Origin: Macrostomum lignano
Lineage: Eukaryota
Assembly: GCA_002269645.1 (NCBI GenBank)
Contig: NIVC01003543.1
Coordinates: 28,079-92,078 of the forward strand
Direction of reading: 5' to 3'
Length of the DNA: 64,000 nt
Below the pieces are notes generated by a model. The model did no database searches, had not been told where the DNA came from, and was given only the letters and a program-made list of their open reading frames with translations. The translations under genes and the position numbers were made by a program. This document shows positions 45,181-57,695 of the stretch, piece after piece (positions within the stretch are counted from its first letter, which is position 1; each line of letters opens with the position of its first letter).

Positions 45181-47614
45181 TCAGTACAGCAGGGGCAGCC
45201 AGGATACGGACAGCACAATGACCAGGATGAAGTTATAAACAGCACCCAGAGGTTCGTCTTGCTGAGAGTCTTCGGCCAAGTCGCCGCCGCCGCCGCACAT
45301 GGCCTGAGCGGTCTCGGCCCAGACTCCGCGTCGCCTCATCTCGGACTCCAGCTGGGGAAGAAAGCAGGGCGGCGGGCAGAACGGGATGCTGAGCTGGTGG
45401 ACTGCCGGCTGCTCAGTGGAGTTCTTGTACACCAGCCGGAACTCGCCGCTGGCGTACAGTTCGGCGATGATGCAGGCAGCCATCGGCGGTCGCAGGCCGT
45501 TGAACACTTGGAAGGCGTGCAGGAAGGCAGCCACGGTGCTGTCGTGGGCGGAGTACACCTGCAGCGCCTGGCGGTGATGGGTGGGGCGGAAGGAACTCTC
45601 AGCGCCTGGTGCCACATAAGAATCTACATCTAAAATCTAGGCCACTGCCTCACTATCCACAGCCAATTCTACCAGATTCTGAACTAAAATCTACCGAAAA
45701 GTCTACACCCCAATCTACCGAACAATCTGCATCAAAATCCATTGAACAATCTACACCGAAAAATCTACCTAAACATCTACACCAAAATCTACCGAGCTAT
45801 CTCCACCCAAATCTACCGACCAACCTACACTAAAATCTACCGAACAATCTACACTAAACTCTACCGAGCAATCTACACTAAACTCTACCGAGCAACCTAC
45901 ACTAAACTCTACCGAGCAATCTACACTAAAATCTACCGAACAATCTACACTAAACTCTACCGAGCAATCTACACTAAACTCTACCGACCAACCTACACTA
46001 AACTCTACCGAGCAATCTACACTAAAATCTACCGAACAATCTACACCAAAATCTACCAAACAATCTACACTAAAATCTACCGAACAATCTACACCAAAAT
46101 CTACCGAACAATCTACACCAAAATCTACCGAACAATCTACACCAAAATCTACCGAACAATCTACACCAAAGTCTGCCGAGCAATCTACACCCAAATCTAC
46201 CAAACAATCTACACAAAAATCTACCGAACAATTTGAACTAAAATCTACCAAGCAATCTACACAAAAATCTACCGAACAATCTACACAGAATCTACCAAGC
46301 AATCTACACCAAAATTTACCGAACAATCTACACTAAAATCTACCAAACAATCTACACTAAAATCTAATCACCTTCGCAGTCTTTCCCTCCAGCCGCAGCC
46401 GCATGCCTCCCAACAGCCGAGCCACCAGCAGGCCCATCCTGGCCGAGTGCAGCTGGGGCTCTTCATATTTCCACAAAAATTTGCGCCTCTTCAACTCGGC
46501 CAAGCCTTCCCGGACGGTGCCGTTGACCCAGCTGGGCATCGCCAGGCCCATTCGCTGCCAGCTGCTCACCGAGTCCTCCACTCTCCATAGCTGTTTGATC
46601 GGACAGTCGTCCGGCCCCGGCCAGCCTGTCCGGTTTCTGGCCAGCTCGGCCAGCCAGCGGAACTCCCGCACAGCCGACTTGAAGGGGCCGTTTGGTCGGG
46701 CGCGGAATTGGCGCCAACGATGCTGATAAGCGGCACACGGAGAGGACATCTTCAGCAGCTGGTCTGTCTGCGTCGGCTTCGAGTGCACCTGCGGCCGGTT
46801 AGAGTAATATTGATGGTTTTTTACCTTGCCAATGCAAGATTTTGAGTCACATCCTATACTTTCTACTTTTGTCAGTAGACGAACTCATATGTATAGTGTA
46901 GTGCATGTTATATACATGTAGCGTTAGAAAAATCTGGTTCTTAGGTGAGTGTCCGAGAGTTCGGAAGTGGAATCACCGAGAGTTCTTAGGTGAGCGTCCG
47001 CGGGTTCGGAAGTGTCCGATCACCGAGGGTTCACAGGTGAGTGTCCGGAAGTGAAATCACCGAGGGTTCTTAGGTGAGTGCCCGGGAGTGGTATCAATGA
47101 GGGTTCACAGGTGAATGTCCGGGAGTGGAATCACAAGGAGTGTTCACAGGTGAGTGTCCGGAACAGTAAGTGTCCGAAAAAGCCAGTACTCCCAGCTCAC
47201 CGGCACAGGATAGCAGACGGGCATCGAGGTGCCGTCTCCAGCGCACTGTCCGGGGAATAGTCCAGCCAGCAGTGCCTGGGCGCTCATCAGTGTCCGGTCG
47301 GTGTCCGTGCTGCGCACCTCCATGGTGCTGGTGTTAAACCGACGCGGCAGTAACGACTGGTTGTCATAGCGACGGCGTAGCCAGACGCCCAGCCGGAAGA
47401 GCTGGCGCACCCCTTGCTCCAGCAGCTGGGCCGGACCCACCTGGTCAAGCAGCTCGGAGTGAGGGTCGATCGGCAGCGAGCGCATCGCGCTGCGATCTCC
47501 GTGACGGACCAGCACGACAATCTGCATCAGCCGGTTCGGTTCGGCCGGCACCGAGGCCGCCACCGCTGCCGCTAGCAACAGAAGCGCCCTTAGCAACAAT
47601 ACCGCAACGCCCAT
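45181..47614 (-). CDS. Histidine acid phosphatase, lysosomal/prostatic type (~405 aa); exons 47614-47201, 46788-46372, ~45567-45181
   Basis: Signal peptide, RHGDRS catalytic motif, RSTDTDRTLMSAQ, PVPVH across the exon 1/2 junction, YSAHD motif, C-terminal hydrophobic anchor; GT-AG phase-0 introns. Confidence 0.9.
45690..46365. repeat. 24-bp minisatellite (AATCTACACCAAAATCTACCGAAC) in acid phosphatase intron 2
   Basis: Direct tandem copies. Confidence 0.95.
46935..47175. repeat. Degenerate ~35-bp minisatellite (AGGTGAGTGTCCG...) in acid phosphatase intron 1
   Basis: Six to seven degenerate copies. Confidence 0.8.
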
Positions 47615-47819
47615 AGCTACATGTAGGCCACTTTCAAACTGCCTGATTTCATTTTATCAGATTTTATCTAAATCATATGGGAGTTTGAGCGGATGAACTG
47701 CCGGTTTCGGCCATAGAGTCAGGGCGTTGCCGCAACATATTACGAGTGTATATATAACATAAAGTATATGCATTTATTAGTGAAACACTACTGAATATAG
47801 TGTCAAATGAGGCGTGACG

Positions 47820-48950
47820 AAGAAATTCCGAATTGAGAGTGACCGGAAGAGTGCCATAATTGAGAGTGACCGGAAGAGTGCCATAATTGAGAGTGACAGG
47901 AAGAGTGCCATAATGGAGAGTGACAAGAAGAGTGCCATAGTGCAGAGTGACAAGAGTGCCATAATTGAGTGACAGGAAGAGTGCCATAATGGAGAGTGAC
48001 AAGAAGAGTGCCATAATTGAGTGACAGGAAGAGTGCCTCAATCGATAGTGACAAGAAGAGTGCCATAATTGAGAGTGACCGGAAGAGTACCATATTTGCG
48101 AGTGACCGAAGAGAGTGACAAAAAGAGAGGAAGAGTGCAAAAATCGAGTGACAAGAAGAGTGCCATAATTGAGAGAGTGACATGAAGAGTGCCGTAATAA
48201 AAACAGGAAGAGTGCCATACTCGTAATTGAGAGTGACCGAAGAGAGTGACAGGAAGAGAGGAAGAGTGCCACAATCGAGAGGGACAAGAGTGCCATAATT
48301 GAGAGTGACAGAGAGTGCCATATTTAAGAGTGACCGAAGAGAGTGACAAGAAGAGAGGAAGAGTGCCAGTAAGAGTGCCACAATCGAGAGGGAAAATAGT
48401 GCCATAATTGAGAGTGACAGAGAGTGCCATATTTGAGAGTGACCAAAGAGAGTGACAGGAAGAGAGGAAAAGTACCACAATCGAGAGTGACAAGAAGAGT
48501 GCCATAATTGAGAGTGACCAAAGAGAGTGACAGGAAGAGAGCCACAATCGAGAGTGACAAGAAGAGTGCCATAATTGAGAGTCACAGGAAGAGTGCCATA
48601 ATGGAGAATGACCGAAAACGAATAGTGACAGAGAGTGCCAAATCAAGAGCGACAGAAAACGAAGAGTGACACGGACAGAGTGCCACAATGGAGAGTGACA
48701 GAAAACGAAGGTGACAGGGACAGAGAGTGCCCAATCGAGAGTGACAGGAACAGAGTGCCAAATCGAGAGTGACAGGGACAGAGTGCCAAATCGAGAGTGA
48801 CAGGAACAGAGTCCAAATCGAGAGTGACAGGAACAGAGTGCCAAATCGAGTGTGACAGGAACAGAGTGCCAAATCGAGAGTGACAGGAACAGAGTGCCAA
48901 ATCGAGAGTGGCAGGGACAGAGTGCCGCAATGGAGAGTGACCGATTGAAA
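47820..48950. repeat. Purine-rich degenerate minisatellite (GAGAGTGACAGGAAGAGTGCCATAATT)
   Basis: Tandem copies, intergenic. Confidence 0.9.
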
Positions 48951-49394
48951 AGTCAGAAGCTTCAGGTTGAGCCGAAATACAAAAGCACTCAGTGCTTACA
49001 GTCTGACGCACACTGGCGGTGCAAAGATGAAGCAGTGCAAAGCTGGATCGCTGAACAATTTTATTGTGACAGCTGTACCCAAATAACGTGGATTCGGTAA
49101 ATAATGTAAAAATACAGAATGCTACAATTGCTTTTGTTAACTAGAAATGCGCAGTTGGTAGTAATAAGAATTACTAATTAAAAGCAATGATTGCATACGG
49201 TAGTCACGCACTAAAGTACACTGGAGGTGCGTATCGAAATGATAGGATAACCACGTGCCAGATGAACTCTGTGGCATGATAAATACGTTAGCATATCAAG
49301 CTGGAAATATATAGACAGACACTGTGGGGCTAATAAATAATGGAATCGGGTGACAAATAAAGCAGATAATCGGTTAGATTAGATTATGGAAGAA

Positions 49395-49915
49395 TTGTGA
49401 CAGATGGGATACTGTGACAGGGATAGTGTGACAGATGGGATACAGTGACAGGGATAGTGTGACAGATGGGATACTGTGACAGGGAGTGTGACAGATGGGA
49501 TACTGTGACAGGGATAGTGTGACAGATGGGATACTGTGACAGATGGGATACTATGACAGGGATAGTGTGACAGATGGGATACTATGACAGGGATAGTGTG
49601 ACAGATGGGATACTGTGACAGGGAGTGTGACAGATGGGATACTGTGACAGGGATAGTGTGACAGATGGGATACTGTGACAGGGATACTGTGACAGATACT
49701 GTGACAGATGGGATACTATGACAGGGATAGTGAGACAGATGGGATACTGTGACAGGGATAGTGTGACAGATGGGATACTGTGACAGGGATACTGTGACAG
49801 ATACTGTGACAGATGGGATACTATGACAGGGATACTGTGACAGATGGGATACTATGACAGGGATAGTGTGACAGATGGGATACTGTGACAGGGATAGTGT
49901 GACAGATGGGATTGT
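49395..49915. repeat. Minisatellite built from GTGACAGATGGGATACT / GTGACAGGGATA modules
   Basis: Tandem copies, intergenic. Confidence 0.9.
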
Positions 49916-50124
49916 CACAGAAGAGTGACATCGAAGGAATGTGACAGATGGGAGAGTGTAACAGAGAGTGACAGGAGTGTGACAGAAGAGTGATAGGAGG
50001 GGGTGTCAGAGGTCGGGTAACCGAGCGTGCCAGATGAGATGGGAGAGTGCCTGAGAGTATGAAAGGCAGAGGTAACAATAATGATGGAGAGTGACAGAAA
50101 GTGTGACAGACAGCGCAGGCCAGC

Positions 50125-53100
50125 TCAGTCGGCAATGCAGCTGGACTGGATCTCCCGCCGCCTAGGCAGGTAGACGTGAAAGCTGAAGCCGGACTCCTTG
50201 AAGCAGCCGGGATTGACGCACAGGCAGTCGGCGTGGCGCAGCTGGAAATGCCGGCAGGCGGAGTCGGCCAGCACCAGCAGGTCGGGCAGGGGGCACAGCC
50301 GCAATGTCCGGTCCAGATTCCACAGCACAGGCGACACGTGCAGCGGCAGCGGCGACAGGTGGCCCTGGGACAGCACCGTCCGGACGAAATGGCCGCTCAA
50401 TTCGTCACCCTCGGCCGGACAGCTGAGCGCCTGTCGGCAGAGCTTCTCGCACAGCTGCTGCCTGTACACGACAATCTCCTGCGTGCAGAACTGCAGCCTG
50501 CACGGGTTGCTGCCAAGCACAACTCGGCCGCCTCCGCGCTGCTGCTGCTGCTGGCCGAGATCTCCGGCCACCGCTTCGGACAGCGGCGGGTAGGGCAGCA
50601 GAGGGGACAGCGGGCAGTCGGAGGGGCCCGGGATCAGCACCACAGTGCTGTGCTGCTGCACCGGCTTGCATGAGTCTAAGAGGAAGTTGGGTTGCCGTCT
50701 GGTTGCTATGGTTACTGGGACTGGTTTGCTCTGTAACCTACCGCTTGCTCTGTAGCCTACCCGCTTAATCTGTAACCTACCCGCTTAATCTGTAACCTAC
50801 CCGCTTAATCTGTAACCTACCCGCTTAATCTGTAACCTACCCGCTTAATCTGTAGCCTAACCGCTTACTCTGTAGCCTACCCGCTTACTCTGTAGCCTAC
50901 CCGCTTACTCTGTAGCCTACCTGCTTACTCTGTAGCCTACCCGCTTACTCTGTAACCTACCAAAACACTTTCGAAAATCCCCATACACATAAAGCGATAT
51001 TGCCCCAAGCGCACTAACCAATCAGAGCCTGCAGACGCCGCAGGCCGGTCCGCAGCTGCTCCACCCGATCGGGCGCGTGTCGGCCAACCGGGCTGAGGAA
51101 GTCGCCGCACAAAATCAGACCGGTTGGCGGCGAGTCCGAGTAGCCAGTGAGCATCAGGGACAGCTTGGACATCACCTGAAGGGAGAGAAGTATCGGGACT
51201 GAAGGATTGGGACTGGAGGATCGGGACTGAAGGATTGGGACTGGAGGATCGGGACTGAAGGATCGGGACTGAAGGATTGGGTCTGGACGGGACTGAAGGA
51301 TTGGGACTGAAGGATCGGGACTGGAGGATCGGGACTGGAGGATCGGGACTGGAGGATCGGGACTGGAGGATCGGGACTGGAGGATCGGGACTGGAGGATC
51401 GGGACTGGAGGATCGGGACTGGAGGATCGGGACTGGAGGATCGGGACTGGAGGATCGGGACTGAAGCATTGGAACGAATCGCACCTCTGAGTCGTCCAGC
51501 CACAAGTCGGACACGAACACCAGGTAGTGCGCGTGACTCGATCGCTCCCGTTCGCCCAGTCGAGCGTCCAGGCGTGCGCAGGTGGTGGCCGGGCCGCCGA
51601 AGGTGTTCAGCGAGCCGAGTGCGGCCCGGGTGTCAGTGGGCCGCTCGGCAGGCGGCAGGCCAGCCTCCAGCATGAGGAAGGAGGCCTCAGACTGTCTGTA
51701 GCAGCCTTCGGCCAGCACGTGGCAGCCTTCGGCCAAGATTCCTTCGTTAAAACGGCACCGACTAACGTCTAGAAGCATCACGCCGGTGGGGTCCTCGAGG
51801 AACCAGCGGTTGGGCTCGGCGGAGCTGCGGGTTGGTCCAAGAAAATGATGTCTGGTCACTCAACACATTCCAATATTTGTCCCTAACTTGTGAATCTCAT
51901 TCCTGATCTGTCCTGGGTTTCATTGACTTTAACCGGTGAAACTTAACCAACCATAACCGGTGAAACTTGACGGACACTAACCGGTGAAACTTGACCGACA
52001 CTAACCGGTGAAACATGACGGACACTAACCGGTGAAACATGACGGACACTAACCGGTGAAGCTTGACTAACTCTAACCGGTGAAACTTGACGGACACTAA
52101 CCGGTGAAACTTGACCAACCATAACCGGTGAAACTTGACCGACACTAACCGGTGAAACTTGACCGACACTAACCGGTGAAACTTGACCGACACTAACCGG
52201 TGAAACTTGACCGACACTAACCGGTGAAGTTTGACCAACCCTAACCGGTGAAACTTGACCGACACTAACCGGTGAAACTTGACCGACACTAACCGGTGAA
52301 ACTTGACCGACACTAACCGGTGAAACTTGACCGACACTAACCGGTGAAACTTGACCGACACTAACCGGTGAAGTTTGACCAACCCTAACCGGTGAAACTT
52401 GACCGACACTAACCGGTGAAACTTGACCGACACTAACCGGTGAAACTTGACCAACCCTAACCGGTGAAACTTGACCGACACTAACCGGTGAAACTTGACC
52501 GACACTAACCGGTGAAGCTTGACCAACTCTAACCGGTGAAACTTGACGGACACTAACCGGTGAAGCTTGACCGACACTAACCGGTGAAGCTTGACCAACC
52601 CTAACCGGTGAAACTTGACGGACTCTAACCGGTGAAATTTCACGGATGACAGGTAAATCCCGTACTTCCCAACCGGTAAATAAAAGCACACAGCGCGGCC
52701 TCACCGAGTCAGCATGCCCAGAACTACCAGCTGCTTGTCAGGCCCGCTAGCCTTGGCAAACTCCACCGTTCTCAAGGCGCCGCCGCTGCCTTTGCCGATG
52801 GACCCTCCGATGACTCCACTGACGCCGCCGGTGACGCCGCCAACGCCGACAGTCAGCGGATCGCAGTCGGCAAAGCCAGGCGCCCGCATCAGGCGCTGGA
52901 GCAGAAACTCGTACCGTTGGCGCATCAGCTGGACGCGCGACTCCGCTCCGCTCTCCGACCTGGACGTCGGGCGCGGCAGCGCCGGCGCCGGCGCCAATTT
53001 TCGACTGTCGCGGTCGTAGCGAAAATTTGGCGCCGCCGGGTCGAACGCGTCGAACACCTGCAGCCAGGGACTGTCGGCGGCGATGGCGGCTGCGGCGGCA

Positions 53101-54663
53101 GCTGTGCCGCTTAGCAACTGCTCGGCAACGAGGGACTCGATTTCAGAGCGCTGCACGTGACAGGAATTGAGCGGCAGGCGGAGGACCGCCTCGACCAGCC
53201 TGAGGGGTGAGCGTTTTAATTGGTGGATTCAGGGCGACTCATAAACAGGGCTTAGGGCGACTCATAGACAGGGCTTAGGGCCACTCTTATACAGGGCTTA
53301 GGGTCACTCTTAGACAGGGCTTAGGGTCGCTCTCAGACAGGGCTTAATTCGACTCTTAGACAGGGCTTAGGGTCGCTCTTAGACAGGGCTTAGGGTCACT
53401 CTTAGACAGGGCTTAGGGTCGCTCTTAGACAGGGCTTAGGGCGACTCTTAGACAGGGCTTAGGGTCGCTCTTAGACAGGGCTTAGGGTCGCTCTTAGACA
53501 GGGCTTAATTCGAATCTTAGACAGGGCTTAGGGCGACTCTTAGACAGGGCTTAGGGTCGCTCTTAGACAGGGCTTAGGGCGACTCTTAGACAGGGCTTAG
53601 GGTCACTCTTAGACAGGGCTTAGGGTCGCTCTTAGACAGGGCTTAATTCGACTCTTAGACAGGGCTTAGGGTCGCTCTTAGACAGGGCTTAGGGCGACTC
53701 TTTGTCTTAGACAGGGCTTAGGGTCGCTCTTAGACAGGGCTTAGGGCGACTCTTTGTCTTAGACAGGGCTTAGGGTCACTCTTAGACAGGGCTTAGGGCG
53801 ACTCTTTGTCTTAGACAGGGCTTAGGGTCGCTCTTAGACAGGGCTTAGGGCGACTCTTTGTCTTAGATAGGGCTTAGGGTCGCTCTTAGACAGGGCTTAG
53901 GGCGACTCTTTGTCTTAGACAGGGCTTAGGGTCACTCTTAGACAGGGCTTAGGGCGACTCTTTGTCTTAGACAGGGCTTAGGGTCGCTCTTAGACAGGGC
54001 TTAATTCGACTCTTAGACAGGGCTTAGGGTCGCTCTTAGACAGGGCTTAGGGCGACTCTTTGTCTTAGACAGGGCTTAGGGTCGCTCTTAGACAGGGCTT
54101 AGGGCGACTCTTTGTCTTAGATAGGGCTTAGGGTCGCTCTTAGACAGGGCTTAGGGCGACTCTGTCTTAGACAGGGCTTAGGGCGACTCTGTCTTAGACA
54201 GGGCTTAGGACGACTCTTAGAGAGGGCTTAGGACGATTCTTATTGATTAGGGCGAATATCATGCTGGTTTCTAGGCTTTTGGACGATTCAATTTAAAATA
54301 ATTTTTGCACTATTTTTAACTCAGATCAGAACCAACATCCAAAAAACAAATCACAAATGTAAAGTTAGAAACATTTATTTAAGTAAGCAAATACGAGTAG
54401 CACTAGATATGGACCTACTAGGCTAGTTTTACCAGCAATAGGAATATATTTTTAATATTCAATACTTTATTGACAATGTAAGGGCCTACTACAGTGCATT
54501 ATAAAACTGAAACTCACCTGTCAATCACCTGGGCAGGATTAACTGCAGCCTGACCGCTGTGCTCCATAGCAGCTAGGATAGTGCGTGTTGCCTCTGGATG
54601 AAGACTGAGGCCATGCAGGCGAAATGCCTTGCTTAGCTGGGTTCTTACCTCTGTTTGACTCAT
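50125..54663 (-). CDS. POLE2: DNA polymerase epsilon subunit 2 (DPB2); exons 54663-54518, 53199-52705, 51824-51485, 51175-51019, 50675-50125
   Basis: Collinear POLE2 motifs: AFRLHGL, RYEFLLQR, VLGMLT, WFLEDPTG, VLAEG, FVSDLWLD, ILCGDF, IPGPSD, NPCRLQFCTQEI, LSQGHLSPLP, PDLLVLAD, VNPGCF. All four introns are GT-AG with consistent phases (2, 2, 0, 1). Confidence 0.96.
50725..50960. repeat. 20-bp minisatellite (CTGTAACCTACCCGCTTAAT), POLE2 intron 4
   Basis: Direct tandem copies. Confidence 0.95.
51190..51470. repeat. 14-bp minisatellite (CTGGAGGATCGGGA), POLE2 intron 3
   Basis: Direct tandem copies. Confidence 0.95.
51925..52640. repeat. 24-bp minisatellite (AACCGGTGAAACTTGACCGACACT), POLE2 intron 2
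   Basis: About 30 tandem copies. Confidence 0.95.
53240..54235. repeat. 23-bp TTAGGG-containing minisatellite (CAGGGCTTAGGGTCGCTCTTAGA), POLE2 intron 1
   Basis: About 40 tandem copies with longer insertion variants. Confidence 0.95.
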
Positions 54664-56129
54664 CTGTAATAGATAAGATAATATAAGTTAAAAGATACCC
54701 AAATATAACCAAAAATATACCCAAAAATATACCTATATATAGGCTTAATGATAGATCCATGTCTTATACTATCAATACTAGAGCAAATCGAAAAACCATG
54801 TGGATTAACTATTAAATATATCAGATATATAGAAAAACCTTCAATCCCAGGTGCATAAGATCATGGAAATATAACTTTCAGTCTCTTAACCTAACTATAT
54901 TTTTTGTTAGACCCACTTCTTGAGTAGGCCTAATAAGAAACAGGCTTCTATGCAAATTGAATCTTATGATTTTTCAAGTTGATAGTTTTAAGCATTTAGA
55001 TACAATATAAACTTTATCAATTTAATTAGTTTTCTTATCTGTATATGATGCAATCTATACTATAGGCCCTATTAACCCCTATTTGTTTTAATAAACCTAT
55101 CTTAGGCCTTAGGCTATCTTAGGCTATCCTAGGTTTAATAAAAATTATTTATTCTTTATATTTTATTAGGTATACAACAAATTTTAATAGGCCTACAATA
55201 AATAAAGGCCCTATAAAATAAAGTATTTATCTATGAAAATTGCCTAAACAATTGTTTGAAAGTGGATTATAGATATGATTAGGTCTATATTCATTAATCA
55301 TTAAAAAACATAAAATATTCCAAGTGTAATAAATTAAAAATATAGTTATTGTGCGAAATTTAGAATAACAAGATTGTTATGACAATATAATTTCATGTTT
55401 AAAAGTAATATTATATAATACTATAGGGCACAAGGCCATAGACATTGGCCTATATTAATTTAGCTATCTAGAAACATGTTGGCCTAAAACATGTGTTGCT
55501 TATTTAGTACAATATATACATTATGAATTATTATATGTTAATTCATAATGATATATTATAATTTTATTATTATAGTTAGGCCCACTAATCTAGTGTCTAT
55601 TACATTGCTTATTCCTTAGTTTTGACTTGGTAGTCAGTAGACCAGGTAGCTACTGTTGACTGAAAAATGACAAAATAGGCATGCAGGTTTGTCTCAGCTC
55701 AGTTGCACAATAAGCTCACTAGGCCCTAGGCCTAGCATTCTGAAATAGGCCTATTTGATTATCTAAGATCGAATCAAGTAGTCCTGAACAAGATAAAATT
55801 TAAACTAAAAAAATTCTGGAATCTGCAAGAATTTAATTATGAGGGTGCGGCATGATGCCGTGCACTCGTGCAGGCCTGTTGTATGCATAAATAGATCATT
55901 ATTGTGTGAGTTTCAAGTAGAGCCTACAGGCATCACAGCACTGAGTTAGAGCAGAGCCTAGATTACATTTTAAACTGACTTGTGTGAACACTGTGATTTT
56001 TTAGTTGTTCATATTCCGCATGATACACGTGTTCGTGCAGACTGTTCACGCTTCACGGTCATGCTTTACAATTTAAAGCTGCGTATGCTATCGCGTATGT
56101 TACGCACGAATGTCACCTAATCAGGTTGC

Positions 56130-56830
56130 AGAAAACGACTGCTGTCTGGGACACTACTTTTAGCACCACCTGGGGGCTCACCTCCAAGCGCCTCTGGTGG
56201 ATCTACACTGCAATGGTTAGGCCTACTATCTCGTACGGCGGCCTGATCTAGGCTAGTGCCCTGCAACTGAAGACCTGCCTGGAGACTCAGGAGAGCGCAA
56301 GGGCGCGCATGCCGCAAGATCATGAGCGTCCCCCATCTGCTCCTTACGATGACCTCAACGCCTTCCTCAACATTCCCCGCTGGATATCTGTCTGATTTGT
56401 CTGATTGACGCCGGCATTCGTTTCCTGCCCCATAGGGCCATGGCTAAGCGCAAGCTCGATCCTGCCTCACGCCGCACCGACCTCTGCCTCAAAGACTTGA
56501 GAGACGGCGGCAGGCTCCACGTCTTATCCGACGGTGAACTCCGCACTCTCAACCTCTTTCAGCACTACAAAGTCACCATCCCCTCAAGGAATGCTGCCAC
56601 TGACACCACTGGAATTTCCAGGAGGTCCATTGTTTCACGCACCGGACGGATCCATCAAAGATGGCTACGCCGGCTTTGGGGTCTGCATCATCATCGACGG
56701 CCTCGTCATTGCCACGTATGCCCACCAGCACACTGGCAGTCTCTCCAGGGTCTTCCAAAACGAAGTCCTTCCTATCAGCTGCTGTGCTGCAGAGCGCTGT
56801 GTCTTTCAGACCACCCTGCAGCTAAGTCAA
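56130..56830 (+). mobile_element. Decayed non-LTR retrotransposon fragment (R1/LOA/I-like, post-RT region + RNase H)
   Basis: TWGLTSKRLWWIYTAMVRPTISYG, LNIPPLDI and RNase H-like DGSIKDGYAGFGV...RVFQNEV, broken by stops and frameshifts. Confidence 0.75.
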
Positions 56831-57695
56831 GTAAATCAATTAACTTCTAATTTTATCTATCCATTTTAATATCTATAGGGCCAAATTAAATCAAGCTTAA
56901 TTCCTGTTTTAAAATTCGAGGGAATACGAAGTAGTTAATCTATGTTTAATTTGAGGATCAGTCCCAGATCTGAGCATTCCTGGAGTCGGCACGCGTTGAT
57001 CATCTTATTACAAAGTATTGCATGGTCTCCCTTTGAAGCAGCGATGCAACGCAAAATACTGCGTAACTAGCAAATTTTGTTCAGACAATGCGGTTTAATT
57101 CTAATTATTCTCTTGCAGTCGAGCATTACCAGCCAAATGCCAAACAAGAATTACTTACCATGCATGTGACGTGGATCCTGCCTGTAGATACATGTATTAG
57201 GTTTTTGTTTGTTGCACTGCTTCAAGCGGCTTCGAGTATCCATAAAAGCGGAACAGCCACACTATTGAGCTACCGCAGAGCCCTGAATTCAGTTTTATAT
57301 ACAACCACACTTTCCATACAAACACTTTCGAAGCTTGTTTGGGTATTTAGCAATCCAAGTGGGTTTGGTTCATGTATTTTTCGGAGACATACATAATTAA
57401 GCGGCAGCTAGCTCTTTGAAGCCAAAGCTAGAATTTACATGTAGGACTAACGATGGATGCTTCAAAGACAGAAAAATGCCGCTCCATATCAAAGAGTTCC
57501 GCCAGTTTTTTTTCGTTGCTTATTCTGATTGAGTCAAGTCCCCTATTGTTTCCATTTCGCTATTGTCGCTGCGGTCCCTACTGGGAGCATAAATTCGCTT
57601 TCGGATTCGAGAACCCCCAGCCCAGCACGGAGACTTTGCCGAAGTTTTCTCTCAAAGACATGACTACGAGATACTACCTTCGCTTCTTCGACAAA

